Below, one piece after another: positions 42,000-56,439 of a stretch of DNA of 64,000 bases; position 1 is the stretch's first letter; each line of letters begins with the position of its first letter. The notes below the pieces were generated by a model. That model ran no database searches, was not told the DNA's origin, and saw nothing but the letters and a program-made list of their open reading frames with translations. Both the position numbers and the translations under genes were made by a program. Source of the DNA: the human T2T-CHM13v2.0 reference genome, Homo sapiens; the NCBI RefSeq assembly GCF_009914755.1, contig NC_060939.1; one strand, written 5' to 3'.

Positions 42000-43901
42000 T
42001 AGAGTTTTCTAGTTAGTGGAAGTTTGTACTCATAAAATATTCTTTACATAAAAATTTCAAAGACATTTCACTGAGTATCACATAAGATTGCATAGTTAGG
42101 CCATAGAAACTTTACACCAGTAGCCTGAAGAAAGTTCTTCTGTTGCTTCCACACACCATCAGTATGCCAGGGCTTTACCCTTAAATGGCTGAGCCACCAG
42201 AAACAAGGCCCATTGCCTTTCTGTATCTTCATTTCTCCATCTTTAAAGAGAGGGGATTAAACCAGATGTGTTCTTACATTTCTTTAAGCTCTAATTTTCA
42301 TGCTTCTGTGACTATTTTTTGTAGTTGAATGTTCTCACACCCATGATACCACTGTCGGAAATGACAATGTTATAAATAACATATTTTACAAAATTTATAG
42401 TTATAAAAATTGCATACAAAATAATTTATGCATGTGTTCTTATTTTCTCACCAGGTTCATTTATACAAATCATTCTGGATTGTTGTTAGCTTTCAACAGA
42501 ATAAAATATATACAATTTTTTATAGTTTGACCCTTGAGGTTAGAAGCCCAAGGAATGAAATATAACTGAAATTTAAAGGAGAAATTGAATCCATATTTAT
42601 AATTTCAGCAAAAACAGGAATAAGGAGGAACATTCCAGGGATATAATGTAACTCATATTTATGGATGTAATATTATAAAACATATTTCAAAATCTGAGTT
42701 TTATCAATACTCTTTATATAATATTTATTACCTAGTAATTTCCTCCATATACACCATAAAACACTGATAGTTTTGTCTGATGAGATCCAAGTACCAATTA
42801 TATAAACAAGTTGATAAGGACATAAAAGTAAAAGAAAAGAAAAGTATAAATAGCAGATTTTACTTCAACCGGCTTTGAAAAATCTCAAAAGTTAAAGGTT
42901 ATCAACTTTGGTTTGACTTTTGGGTTCTTTTTTAGTCAACAGATTTATAAAAGAACAAACCACTGCCGAGTACATTGAGGGAGATGAAACAATCAGCCTC
43001 AGAAGGGGAGCGATGCAGTAGGGGGTGAAATCATCCCTGGAGTGGAATCTAGAAAACGTTCCAAGAATCTCAGAGACCAAAGTTTCCATTCAAGTGTTTA
43101 GCGTTTTAATACATAATTACTATGAAAGACACTCATTAAACAATTTCCATTAATATTCTCCACTGAGCATAGATGGCTCAACTCTGCAAAGCTTTCTGGG
43201 TCTGTCTTTTCATGTACTATTTTTAAATGTTTTATAAGTCTTTTTACATTCTATTTCTCACTGCATCCCAACATTGACTGGAATGCAATCAAACTCCAGT
43301 CACAGCATACTCCATGCTACAGTCCATGCACTTTTAAGCTACACTAGAGTAAATCGGATCTGAAGAGAGTAAGAATCCAAAATCAATGAAGACAAACACA
43401 CAACACTTCTATAATGGCAAAATACATTAATTTTAAGGATGAGGACACATCTAGAAATAATGCTCTCAAGATAAAGCTATGTCCAAAAGAAGTTTAATGT
43501 GGACAACTATCTACAGAAATGAGGCTGAGTTGATAACCAGTTTGGACAGGCCCAAGCAGAAGCAGACAATTTATACTTTATCCTATTATGCTATTTACAC
43601 AACTCCCATTTTACACATAATTGCCAGTTATCCTCTCGATTTAATAGTTGACAAAACTGGCTGTACATTTCATGATGCTCCAGTAAAGTGGAGATTGGGA
43701 GAAAGACTGAGGCTTTGCAGTCATACAGATGTGGGCTTAAGTAATCCCATTTTGTAGCAGCTATAGGGTTAGGAGAGTGACTTCTGCCAACTCCTCCAGC
43801 CCTGGTTCTTCTTGTTTTACAGGTCTCAATTTAAATTCTCCAACCTCCTTGAAACCTCCAATATCACCCAACCTTAAAAAACTTCTAATCTCTCTTCATG
43901 A

Positions 43902-44273
<372 letters not shown>

Positions 44274-44289
44274 ACTAGCTACTATTTTA

Positions 44290-44456
44290 ATTTGTTTATT
44301 TTTTGCCTTTTCCCCACTGAAATCTAAACATTATGAAAGCAAGACCCTTTTCTGCCTTGTGTACCTCAAGTCCCAATGCCCAGAATACTACCTGGTACCC
44401 AGTAGGCTCTCAGTACCTGTTTGTTACAGGAATACTAAATGAGTGAGCGAATGAAT
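44290..44456 (+). mobile_element. L2 3' end
   Basis: cccagaatactacctggtacccagtaggctctcagta...aatgagtgagcgaatgaa. Confidence 0.75.
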
Positions 44457-46599
44457 CACCTTTTGTTGCCTCATCTCTCACTTGGGGATGGCATTACCTA
44501 CTTCAGAACTTTTCATAGCACACACTAGGAAAGTCCAATTTTAAATGATTTATCTAAGAAATGTCCAGGCAATACATTCATTCTTTTCCCTACCAGCTCC
44601 CAGTGTTTACTTTCGATTGCATTTAATGAGAGAAATAAAAATCTTCTTGAGTTGAACTTTTGGCATGTTCACTTTTCCTTAATGTGAAAGGCTAAATACA
44701 TCCCCAGGAAATAGATATGCCTGGCTCTCCTTTGATTCCCAACAACCCTCCACCCACCTTCTGCCCAGGAAACAATTGTTTGGATTCTGTGATTTTTATT
44801 TTCTCCAATGTGTGTCTACTTGTCTTGGTGGTTTTGCTTCCAAGAGAGAAATACCTCTTAAGTTTGTGTGTATGTGTGTTGTTTTTCTTTGTCTTTCCTC
44901 TTTTTTTTTTTCTAAGAGAAGATAATCAGGTTCTCATGTTACTACTAAGTGTTCTAGTAGATGGAAAAAGGTTGCCACATGAGGTCATTGCTGTGTGGAT
45001 GAACTTGTAGACACTGACATATCAGAGAGCATCTAAAGGAAATATTATAGGGGCCATCAAGGCCGTTTCAAATTTCCTGATTGCATATATTAAAACAGGA
45101 TAAGCTCCAATTACTGGAGTACTTGCTTCAATATAATGGAGAATCGGAGCTGCATGTGGATTCTGATCTCTCTAAGCAGCCAAGTGTATCCAAAAATATA
45201 AAAATAAAGTTAAATATCTATAGTTGGAAGATCAGGAGCACTAATAAGCCAGGGCATATCATTTGGGGCAGGAAAAAAGGGTTACAAGAGTTCAGTTTAG
45301 GTTTGTGGCTTTTCACCAAATGCGGTGTGAGCTTGAAATACATAGCTTCGTATTTCTTTTTCCTGGTGATAAGTCAGATAAGACATGGAAACTTAGCCTG
45401 AATGGTTTTAAACCTTTCCCTCTGTGACCATAAAGTGACCATTTACAAATTGAAATGCGTTACTGACCTGAGATCCAGTTGCTTCTGGACCTGTAAATAC
45501 AAGTAGGACTTCCATCTAAAACGACAGCAGACTCGTGCATAAAGTTTCCCACTGTCTGTATGAGAGGAGCTGTGCCCGAAGACAGCTGCTTAGAACAGCT
45601 GTCTACTTACACAGCCATCTTAGGGGAGAATGATTAATGAATTCACTTGGGCAGCGAGGAGCCCAGTTCACTGATCCATAGTTGCAGCACAGGTATTGAT
45701 GTGAAACTAATGAGAAATTTGATACTCAAATTTGAATGTTTATTCCAATTACCGAACAACAGATCCAAATTTTTTTTAAAGCTTAAAGCATTAACCTTTC
45801 GTTAAGAATGGGGCAATGTTGAGCTGCGGTTTTACGCTGTGTGCTAGAACTTGCAGACTGAAGTGATTGGGGTCTGCTTTGACAAATGGTACTCCTCACA
45901 CATACACAGCTTTCTTTAAATTTCATGTTAAGTTTTGAGCCAAGGAGGGGAAGGAGAGAGAAAAGTACCTGTCATGAGCCTGTCATATCAGTAGCCACTT
46001 AGCACTAAACACACGGAAGCAATGAGGAGTCCTTCTCAACCCAAATTAATATAGCCCTAGTCTGAAAAGGTCTCATTATGGACTCCAGAACAAGCTACTG
46101 GGATTTTAGGTTTTCTCTATGCTTAGAAGATACCTAAATTATTATGCACAGTCTTGACTTTCACCCTTTAAGTGAAATTATTACCCAACTAGACTTTACC
46201 CCTGAGAAAGGCAAATACGGTAAAGACTGGAAAAAATACCTTAAAATAAGAGATTTGCTTAAAAGAATGAAGTTACTGCTAGTGGGAGAAGAGAAGACTG
46301 TGTGTGAGTTGCATGAAATACAGTGCAGACCTACCATATGCTTATGCGGAATAGCAACTGCCACTCTCTGTTGGGCATCCATAGCAGATATTTCTAATCA
46401 AATCAAACACTCTTTTACACCAGCCAGGGCAGGACTGATATCTCAGCCTTCAATGTGGAGATCTGGACAGCACTACCAACCAAACAGAATCAACGGAAGG
46501 GGCTAAATCTGCTTGCCACTCCAGACTGGGAGGAATCAGGAGCCTTGCACTCACACTTCTGTCTCCCCACTTCATCTCAATTCTTGAGGTCTCTGCATA

Positions 46600-46880
46600 C
46601 CTATCCATTGCAGGCAGCGCTTCCACGACCACTCGAGATAACCTCACAGCTCCCCTCCTCATCCCACATACTGTAGCAATCCCCCGTTCCTGAGTTTTCT
46701 CCACCAACATATTACATGTTTACTTATAATTGCTGGCTTATTTTCTTCCTCTGTACTGTCTCCAGAATGTGAGTTCTAGGAGGGACATAACTTTGTTTGC
46801 TGTTATATCCCCAGTGACTAGATGGGTGTCTAACTCATAGTGGATGCCCAATAGATGGCTGAATTAATAAAGGAATGATT
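46600..46880 (+). mobile_element. L2 3' end
   Basis: ccagaatgtgagttctaggaggga...gctgttatatccccagtgactaga. Confidence 0.7.
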
Positions 46881-48289
46881 TAATCATAATAGTAGTAGGG
46901 CTGTCCTGTGAGAAAATAATTGGATCTACTCTATGCAACCCGTTAGTATAGAAATTGCTCAGGTAGCTAAAGTTTTGGAAGGGTAATTAGGGCAGGCTAC
47001 AAGGAAGAATTTCATATTAGAGCTATTAGGCAAGGTCATGGGCTGCTTCTTGGGGTGGGGAGTTCTTTGATAGCAAAGGTCCCAGAGTCCTTGAGCCTCT
47101 CTATCAGGAGAACAATATAGGGGATTCATTAATCATACGGAAAGTAGACTGGACCACCTCTGAGACTGCTTCCAAATGTTATGTAACGTACCTGCTCCTT
47201 CAGAGGTTGAATGCCATGGTTAAAGATGTATGTTGTTTCATTAAAGCCATTGAGCACTGCCCACAGGCTTAAAGACAGTTGTCGTAAGACTCAAGTCACT
47301 GTCTCTTCCTGGGATAATGCTAAGAATATTCTTATTATCATTTGTGCTAGGACTTACTGATGGACATGTAAGTGTAATTTTGGTATACTATTCTTGCTAC
47401 AGAATGATTGAGGTTATCGCAGTATGTCAGCTATATCCTCAAAGCACGGATCCTTTCAAAGCTGGGGGAAATATTTCAGATTATTAGAATGTCATTTAGG
47501 AAATCACAACTTTATTGCTTAAAATGGAATAATGATGTGCAGAAAGAGTTAAATATTCTTCCAAAGGAACCTGACTCTAAGCCAGGATATGGCATTAAGC
47601 ACAGAGAAAATTGGGCTGAATAATCCCTTTAGACTCTTTAAGGTGCTGAGCTGACATTTTGATATGCTGCAAGTTGGCAAGTCAACGTTTCATAGTTTAT
47701 CTTCAAATTCCACATTTTAAAAGTCTTATTTCCCTCTTCCAAAAAGACTATACCTGCAACCACCTTAAGCCATATCTACACAAAATTGGATATCTTTTTT
47801 TGTTAGTTCAATAAAGCGAGAATTTAATGTCCCAAATTTTGTGAAAAAAGGAAGCTCATTTCTACTTAAAACTCATCTGGTCAATTTCATAATCCTACAG
47901 AATTTTGTAAGGACAATAAATTAAAAAATGATAAGGTGTAAAGTGTTACAGAGTTAGTGCTATTGAAAATAAAAATATAATATATGGTTGAAGTGTGAAT
48001 TTTTACATCAATTGGGGCTATTTTGTGAGGTTTGATTATAGATGTCAAAATACAATTCTTTTTCTATTCTTAATCAGACAGACGACTGAGAATGTTTCCC
48101 TGCTGGGATTTCCAAATTTAATTGAAAGAGAGATTTCAAATCTAACTAGTGTGTTGCGATAGCTAACAAAAGAAGTCAGTGCAGGGTTGGAAAGGAGAAA
48201 ATGAGTGTGGAAATTATTATATAGATATATCTGATAGTCATAATTGAGAAGCAGTCAAATGAGGGTTAAAAGTCAAATGCACATTAATT

Positions 48290-48550
48290 TTCTTCCTTTA
48301 CCATGTAAACATCCTGTTCTCCAGAAAGCATTCCCTATTCCTCAGCCTAGGTTTGCTTTTCTGGTATGCTCCATTGGTGTCCATCATTTTTTCCTTCATG
48401 TGGCTCAACACAGGGAGAATGACCTTTCTCATGTCACCATCCTTCCTAGGATGTGAGCTCCATGAGGGCTCAGCTGTGTCCATCATGTTTAAGTATATCC
48501 AGGGACTGAAATAAAGTCACAGCTCAGTAAATATTTGCTGAATGAAGGCA
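48290..48550 (+). mobile_element. L2 3' end
   Basis: ctaggatgtgagctccatgagggc...gctcagtaaatatttgctgaatgaa. Confidence 0.7.
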
Positions 48551-49036
48551 TGATGCTTGAACCTGCTTTACGGTATTCCCATCGCAACGATTCTCCAGTC
48601 TAAGCTCAATCACCCCCCACACTTTCATCACAGCAAGTCTCTAATTTCTTCCAACCCAGAGCCTCTCAGTAGATGCAGAAATGGAATGTAACCACAGTGC
48701 TCAGCAACACACCTAGCATCTGAAACATCTTCCAAGCATTCCAAGAGCTGCTTGATAGTGTCAGATGTTTATCAATCATTGGCTTATGAGCAAGACTGCT
48801 TGTGAGGGAACATAATTGCTGCTCTTTTGCAAACAGGAAATGTTTAGGTCCGAGGGGCTCTAGTTTCACAAACTTGCTGGGGACACCCACTCATTGTGAT
48901 GATTTTGCTGACTCGGCTTGTCAAGTAAGCTGTAAGCAGCCAAGGAGGCAAAATACAGCAAAAGACCACAGCCCTGTGCATATATACCAGACAGAATCCT
49001 CTGCCTGATCCCGATAGCAAGAATGGCATTTTCTAG

Positions 49037-49498
<462 letters not shown>

Positions 49499-49667
49499 TA
49501 AAATAGAAATTTCCAACTCTACAGTGTCACTGATATTCTCAGTGTCTTATAAGTTATTTACTAGTGAAGATGTGATTTCTCCTATTTCTGTTTCCTATTT
49601 TTCTTCTGCCTAATGTGTGTATGTGTGTAGCGTTCCTAGATTTGAATGGCCTCCTTTGCCTTTGTAG

Positions 49668-49669
<2 letters not shown>

Positions 49670-49713
<44 letters not shown>

Positions 49714-49733
49714 TACACATACGCATACACATA
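49670..49733. repeat. (CA)n microsatellite
   Basis: About 18 pure AC units plus a degenerate extension. Confidence 0.95.
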
Positions 49734-52002
49734 CTCTTGAAATAAAGTGCCTGATCCCTGCTTTGGTTTTCGCCCCTCTGGTGGGTCAGAGGTCTCTCTC
49801 TGAGGAGTTTCCCTGTGCACCAGCAGTCATGCGGAACCTGCTTGCTGGCATGCCGCCCGCACACTTGAAAGGGAGTGCCATAGAGATGGGCTGACCTTCC
49901 TGGCCTTGCAACCGAAAGGGAACCCTGTGGGGAGTACCTGGAGGGGGTGTTTCTCCTGTTGGTCACATGAAGGTTGTTCACTTCAGTGGCTCTGTTTTAA
50001 CTGTGCCCTTGTATTCTTTACTGACCGTTGGAGAAGCCGATTGTTTTCTTGCCCCAGCTTCAGAGGCACTAAACCCTTCACCTTGACTTCTCTTAGAACA
50101 GCAAAGCTAGGGAAGGAAGAAAAAAGGAGGGCTGAAAGATATAACAAAGGACCTTGATGCTCTTATCACATGGGTAATTATTGTGCTCACATACATGGGA
50201 TGTCAGGGAGGCAGCGTGTTTGCTGCACGAGGGGGCTTCTATTTACAACATGTTTGGCACTTTTTTTATGTGTAGGGAGTTTGTAAGTTGTGCATTTCTA
50301 CCTTTGTAGATTGTGAAACTTGGTCATGAAACATGTGAGTTTTGAAAATCGTGTCCTCCTGAAAAGAAGACAATGAAAACGACTTTTCAATATGGATAAA
50401 TTTCAGAAAATCGATTGTCTTAATGCCTTTTCCATGGTAGTATACAAGAGGTGTAGGACTAATGGTGTGCTTCCAATAGAGCTAAGTGCTAATGCTTTTA
50501 ATAAACTTCCTTTTCCTCATGGCAGATGCATATTTAGTATATATTTTTATTTGGCTTTACAAATTCTATCGCAGCTTCAAAGATACCTCCTAGAAACTTT
50601 AAAAGATTAAGTATTTACCTTGGACAAAGCATTCAATCCTTGCATCTCACGTTGGATAATTATAGGCCACATTTCCTTTCAATGTTTCCGAGAGCTGAGT
50701 TAAATTTTGAAGGAGAAGTGTTCTATTTGAGCTGCGTGAACAAAGCCAAGTTTGTGTACTACAGGGCAAGCCCAAGGGGGTTTTGCTAAGACAGATGAAA
50801 TGATTGTGGTGAAATCAAACTACCTCTGCAGCTCCTTGGTCCAGTTTATCCACTCTCCTGGGGGTTCTCCTTTGCCTGAGAAAAAGTCCAGCAGTGGCCA
50901 AGCAGAGGTGGATCAAATGAAGCAGAGATGAATGTCTACACCCACCCTGGGGGCCTCAGGTGGGAGGAAAAAGACAGAGCCGAAGGAGCACTTGGAAAAT
51001 TGTGAGATGTTATTGTTGTTATGATTCTGATCTTTAACTGCCGAAGATATGCAGGTGGCTTTGCTCTCGTTCCCTTCACTGTTGGAGAAAGTAATCAGAC
51101 AGGTGGAACTAGTAACGTGTCTACCTTTAATTTTTGAACTGATCCAAATGTAACAAAATTACAAAATCCAGTTTTGTCTAAACAGTCTAGCAGAAGTAGT
51201 TGCTTACACAATACACTCAATTCAGAAATTGATGAAACTGTTACCTCATAGCTACGATGAACTGATGCTTTAGAAAGACAAAACACCCAGGACACCAGGT
51301 CTTTTTTGTGTATGTGACTTGTAAAATCCCTGGTACCAGGGTTGTAGGGATGTACCCCATTTTACACACAACGTATATCAGAGTGAAAGTGTTGTCCTTC
51401 ACAGGGTGAGGATTTACAGGACCATGGCAGAATTATTGGGCTTTGTTTCCCAAAGGAGTAATGATCTTGGAGCCATCTTTCTTAGCAAATGGAATATTCT
51501 TAACGTGATGAAAATCAAGTTGCTGTACCCTAAAATCTCATTGCAAATGAATTTTCGTATTTGGATCTGCTTACACACTCAGTATAACCAGATCCAAATA
51601 TAAACAGCCTAGTTCCCTAACTTCTCAGTAACATCTGGCTAATTTTAACTTGTGGCTAGAGGTTGAAACCATGTGAAATCCTGTGGTTACAGTAATTTCC
51701 ACCAGGAAACCATGAGCAGCTGAGTGGCATGTCAGTGAAGAATTTTCAGGACAGTGTATTTTTATTTCCAAGTTTGAACTTGAGGTTTGGTAATAAACAC
51801 AGACTCACTGGCAAATGAGTTCTACACACAGCTCTGGAAGCAGAAATGTTGAAAGTTTGCCTTTCTCTGAAAAATGTTCTCTTTTATTAATAGAATTTTA
51901 GTAGCTGGAAGAGAGTCTTTCTGAGACGAAGCAGACAGTAGATGATAAAGGATTCCTCATTGCCTTCCAAACAATACCCTGATTGTTAAGACGTGCCAGG
52001 TG

Positions 52003-52003
<1 letters not shown>

Positions 52004-52044
<41 letters not shown>
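52004..52044. repeat. (TG)n microsatellite
   Basis: About 20 TG units. Confidence 0.95.
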
Positions 52045-52048
<4 letters not shown>

Positions 52049-52054
52049 TGTTGT

Positions 52055-52194
52055 TTTTTTTGCTTTGTATTTTAGTAGAGACGTGGTTTTGCCATGTTGC
52101 CCAGACTGGTCTCGAACTCCTGACCTCAAGTGATCCATCCGCCTTGGCCTCCCAAAGTGCCGGGATTACCAAGTGTAAGCCACTGCGCCTGGCC
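52055..52194 (-). mobile_element. Alu left monomer (FLAM/AluJb-like)
   Basis: tgtattttagtagag...acctcaagtgatcc...gccactgcgcctggcc; no right arm. Confidence 0.85.
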
Positions 52195-52439
52195 AGAGAT
52201 GCCATTTTCTGAGTAGGTTTATTTATCGCCTTGAATCCAGACCATGATCTGTGAAATTGGCAGTATTATTCCCATTTAAAACATGAAGTAAATCAGGCTG
52301 TGAGTGGTTTCAAACAAACAAAACTTCAGAAACTCCCATCTTTCTTCCTTGACATAAAACAGCTTCACACATGGAACTCCCACTGTGCCTTGCCCTCCTT
52401 TCCACCCAGGCCATTGTTTTACCTGTTTCAGAATTGGGA

Positions 52440-53045
52440 GACACGTGTGATTTAGGTGGGGAAGAAAGCACACGGTCAGCTTGTCCTGGGCCCGGCTTAA
52501 GTATATTCTAATCATCACCCACACAGCATTAGCTCTGATGTTGACTGTGTGGCAAACGGGGCTTCTTTGCAACAGTTTGTTCTCAAGGTTGGTGGCCTCC
52601 AGTTAGGGCTTATCTTTAAGTTACTTCTTGGGAACGGGGCCAGATCAATACTGTATTCTTTCAGACCTCTCTAAACCCAGCGGGGAAGGCAATCACCGTA
52701 GTGCAGCTCCCTGCACCTTCTGGAGCAGATCAATATTCCGACAGCGCGAAGCTTTGTTCCTTCCCCAGCTTTAAGATGTCCTGCATGCTCTACATGATTG
52801 CTTAAAGGCGTGCTTTCCTTTCCCCGGTATGACAACACCGCTCCCGACCTGATCTTCCTAATACCATCACTGTAATTGCCTTGACATGAAATAGCAGCAC
52901 CAACTCAGCGCGCGGGCTTTGAGGTGTTTTATCTTTTTTGAACATCTCTATTAGCAAAGGGTGTTGATTTGGCTTTAATATGTAGCCGGAGCTTTAAGGC
53001 GAACCTGCACTTATTTACACTGGTTTGCGAAACCCACCGAGATGA
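52440..53045. promoter_or_regulatory. Candidate enhancer (repeat-free, CpG-enriched)
   Basis: About 21 CpGs in 600 bp; E-box cacgtg, two copies of cagatcaata, tatttacac (FOX-type) and ctttgtt (SOX-type). Confidence 0.45.
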
Positions 53046-53576
53046 TTTTACCCATGGGAATCATATAGGGGACTGTTTCAGGGGAGAGGAAGATATAAAC
53101 TCCTAAGCCCAAGCATATTAGCTTAAACTTTATGCTGCTTGAAGCCCATTATATCTACCCCATACTGCCACAGCAATTGTCTTAGAAGGGCTCTGTGCCT
53201 TATTTACTTTTTAAGTGATGCTGGGTAAAATGAAGTATTTATTTTACTGTTTTCAGCCAACATTCCATTAAGCAGTAAATAACACCAAGGCTCAGCAATC
53301 TCATTTTTCCAATTTTTATTTTTTTTGTTGTTGTTGTTGCCTGCTAAGCAAACTCATTGATATAGTCTGAATCCTTACCATACATGACTTTCCTCCTTTT
53401 CCCTCCTACTTTCTGCAGCTCTTCCAAATAAAGCCAACTGAAATGCATTTTAAAAGATGTCGTTACATGACAGCATTAACAACAGAAAAGTTTAGATGGA
53501 AACCCACTACTTTGCCTAAAGAAGGAAAGCCAAGTACTTCAGTCTGCATTCAGTTTGCTTTAAACACATCCGTTTA

Positions 53577-53861
53577 GGTGGCTCACGCCTGTCATCCCAG
53601 CACTTCGGGAGGCAGAGGCACGCAGATCACCTGAGGTCAGGAGTTCGAGACCAGCCTGGCCAACATGGTGAACCCCATCTCTACTAAAAATACAAAAATT
53701 AGCCGGGCATGGTGGCGGGTGCCTGTAATCCCAGCTATTCAGGAGGCTGAGGCAGGAGAATTGCTTGAACCCGGGAGGTAGGAGGAGGCTGCAGTGAGCC
53801 GAGATCATGCCGCACTCCAGCCTGGGTGACAGAGTGAGACTCCATCTCAAAAAAAAAAAAA
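53577..53861 (+). mobile_element. AluSx/Sz-like
   Basis: Dimer with gatcacctgaggtcaggagttcgagaccagcctggcc; A14 tail. Confidence 0.92.
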
Positions 53862-55308
53862 GACTCCTCCTAGGACTTCATCTTATAATCTATATGTGCT
53901 GCACTTAGTCCTAAATTCCACTATGCTCTGCTGTAGCCTTGAGACTCTCCCCATATTGTTCGCTTGTCCTAACCCCAGACACACAGAACTCTCAGTCTTT
54001 CTTTGTTCCTCTATCCTCTCACCCTTCAAGGTCTGGTATCAATCTCAGCCCCTTTGGAAACCTTTGGAAACTGGTCCAATCCAATGAGTCACAACAAAGC
54101 ACTGCAGTACAATTGCTTGGATTATAATCAGTGTGATCATATAAACATTTGCTGCCAAAAACAGCTGAACTTCCAAAATTTGCCAATGATTTGCTTTTCT
54201 AAAATGATAATTGGGGTGGACTCAAGGTTATCCTTAATCATCTTATTCTCTCACTGGCATGCTGATATATTTTTAAGAATGATAGGAAAGGGTGGGGCTG
54301 CACAACCTTAATTGCACCTTTCTTGAAGCCTGTCTTATGGAACTCAGAGGTCACTGATGACTAACTGCTGCGTGGTGTTAGGTATTCGAGGTATGTCATC
54401 ATGTCCCCAAATATATCATTTTGATGTACTGGGTCATCCACAGACTCAATACAATACTTTATGCATATCATTAGGAACAGAAAAAAAATACTTGTTAAAA
54501 TGTTGGCTGGTAGAAGTTATCCTTTCATAGAAACCATGTGTATCAGTGGATGCTACATGCACCATTACTATGAAAAAATCCACAGCAGAGGGAAATAATT
54601 CAGAACGACTCGTGTGTTGCAAACTAATTAGATGAATTGTCACTTCTTATGGCAGATACATCAAGTAAAGTTACTTTAGTTAGTAGCTTACTTTAATTTA
54701 ATACTCAGTCCATTTCAGGTTGAATATTTAAGTACAGCTCCTGATTATGTTGGCTTGCTAAGCTATATAATTAAAAAGTGGAGCTGAAATATTCTGATGC
54801 TTTAAGCTGTTATATATAGGCAAGGAAAGAAACCAGCTTGTCAGATAGTTGACTGTCTTCAGGGGAGAGGGGAAAGAATTGGTTTTACTCCCTGGAACAG
54901 CTCAGAATGACAGCCCCATAGCAATGTGAGGTTGCAAAATACATGTAACATTTATAATGTATAGAGATGAGAGGAAGAGAGCAAGACAGAGTAAATTATC
55001 CCTCTTGCATTTATGTAAGTTGATTGCAAATAAATTAATATGTATTTTCAAGCACATTGTATTACTGCAATAGAAGTTACAAGTAACATGGACAAGATTT
55101 TATGAAATTTATTTAAAAGCCATTTGTCTGAGATACAGATGTAGACAATGAAGGCATAGGGGAAGACAACCCTCATTATACAGGAGAAAACATGGTGCTG
55201 ATAAACAGTGGCACTACAACTGAGTAGCAGGTGGAAAGAAATTAAAACTGAAGTACCATTTTTAATTGTTAATGTAATACATTCTGAATAAGCAAAAGCC
55301 TGCTTGCC

Positions 55309-55666
55309 TGCCTCCCTCTTGTTTTTCTTCCTCTTCTTCTTTCCTCTTCCTCCTCCTCCTTCCTCCTCCTCCTTCCTCCTCCTCCTCCTTCATCCTCCTC
55401 CTCTTTCCTCCTCCTCCTCCTTCCTCCTCCTCCTCTTTCCTCCTCCTCCTTCCTCCTCCTTCCTCCTCCTCCTTCCTCCTCCTCCTCCTTCCTCCTCCTC
55501 TTCCTCCTTCCTCTTCCTCCTCCTCCTTCCTCCTCCTCTTCCTCCTTCCTCCTCCTCCTCCTTCTTCTTCTCCCTCTTCTTCTCCCTCCTCCTTCTCCTT
55601 CCTTTTTTGTTTCTTTGTTTCTTCTCTCTCTCTCTCTCTCCCCCTCACTGCTTCCCTCCCTCCCTC
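55309..55666. repeat. (CCT)n/(CTT)n homopyrimidine tract
   Basis: About 350 bp, almost entirely C and T. Confidence 0.95.
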
Positions 55667-56015
55667 AATCTAGAAGACTAAAAGAATGATCAGACTCCTC
55701 AATTTGGGCACTTATGTGTGACGTGGTGGAAAAAGAAACTAAACTGATCAGTACTTTACAGTTCATGACCATGAGAATCTGTTTACATTTATATTTTTGC
55801 TTTATGATCACAATGGTAATTAAACCTGTTTACCCAGGATCTCATATCAGCTTGCTGAGAATATGCTGCAGAGACTTCTTTAAGTTTTAAAAATGAGCAG
55901 TGCTATAGCAAAGAAAGGAATTATTGACGCGAGCATTTCTTCAAGTACCTCACGTTTCTTGCCTGCTGTTTATCAATTTTACTAATTATTGAGCACCCAC
56001 TAGGTGGCTAGCACA

Positions 56016-56166
56016 GTTTTTTTTTTTTTTTTTTTTTTTTTTGAAATAAGGTCTCACTATGTTTCCCAGACTGAACTCCAATTCTTTGGCTCAAGGGATC
56101 CTCCTGCTTCAGCCTCCAGAGTAGCTGGGACTACAGGGATATGCCACCAGGCCTGCATGCCTGGCT
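56016..56166 (-). mobile_element. Alu monomer (FRAM/FLAM-like) with T27 tail
   Basis: ggtctcactatgtttcccaga...ctcaagggatcctcctgcttcagcctcc. Confidence 0.82.
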
Positions 56167-56439
56167 GTGGATTTTTATTGTTATTTTTAAATGCATTTGG
56201 ATAGCTACCTCTCTCTATTGATTGACTGCCCTTCAGTGTTAAGAAGATTGCTGTTTTAGAGTGGTTTAGAAATTCTCCTTTTAATTTTTTTCCAAACTGA
56301 TCAAGTAAAATTTATTCATTGTCGTGCTACTAATGGCACAGATTTAGCACTTAATGTTGAGCTTTTGACATTTTTAAGCTTATAAAATCAAGCTGGCTTA
56401 AAACAGGTTCAATTCAAACTAACTTCTGGAGAAAAATAA

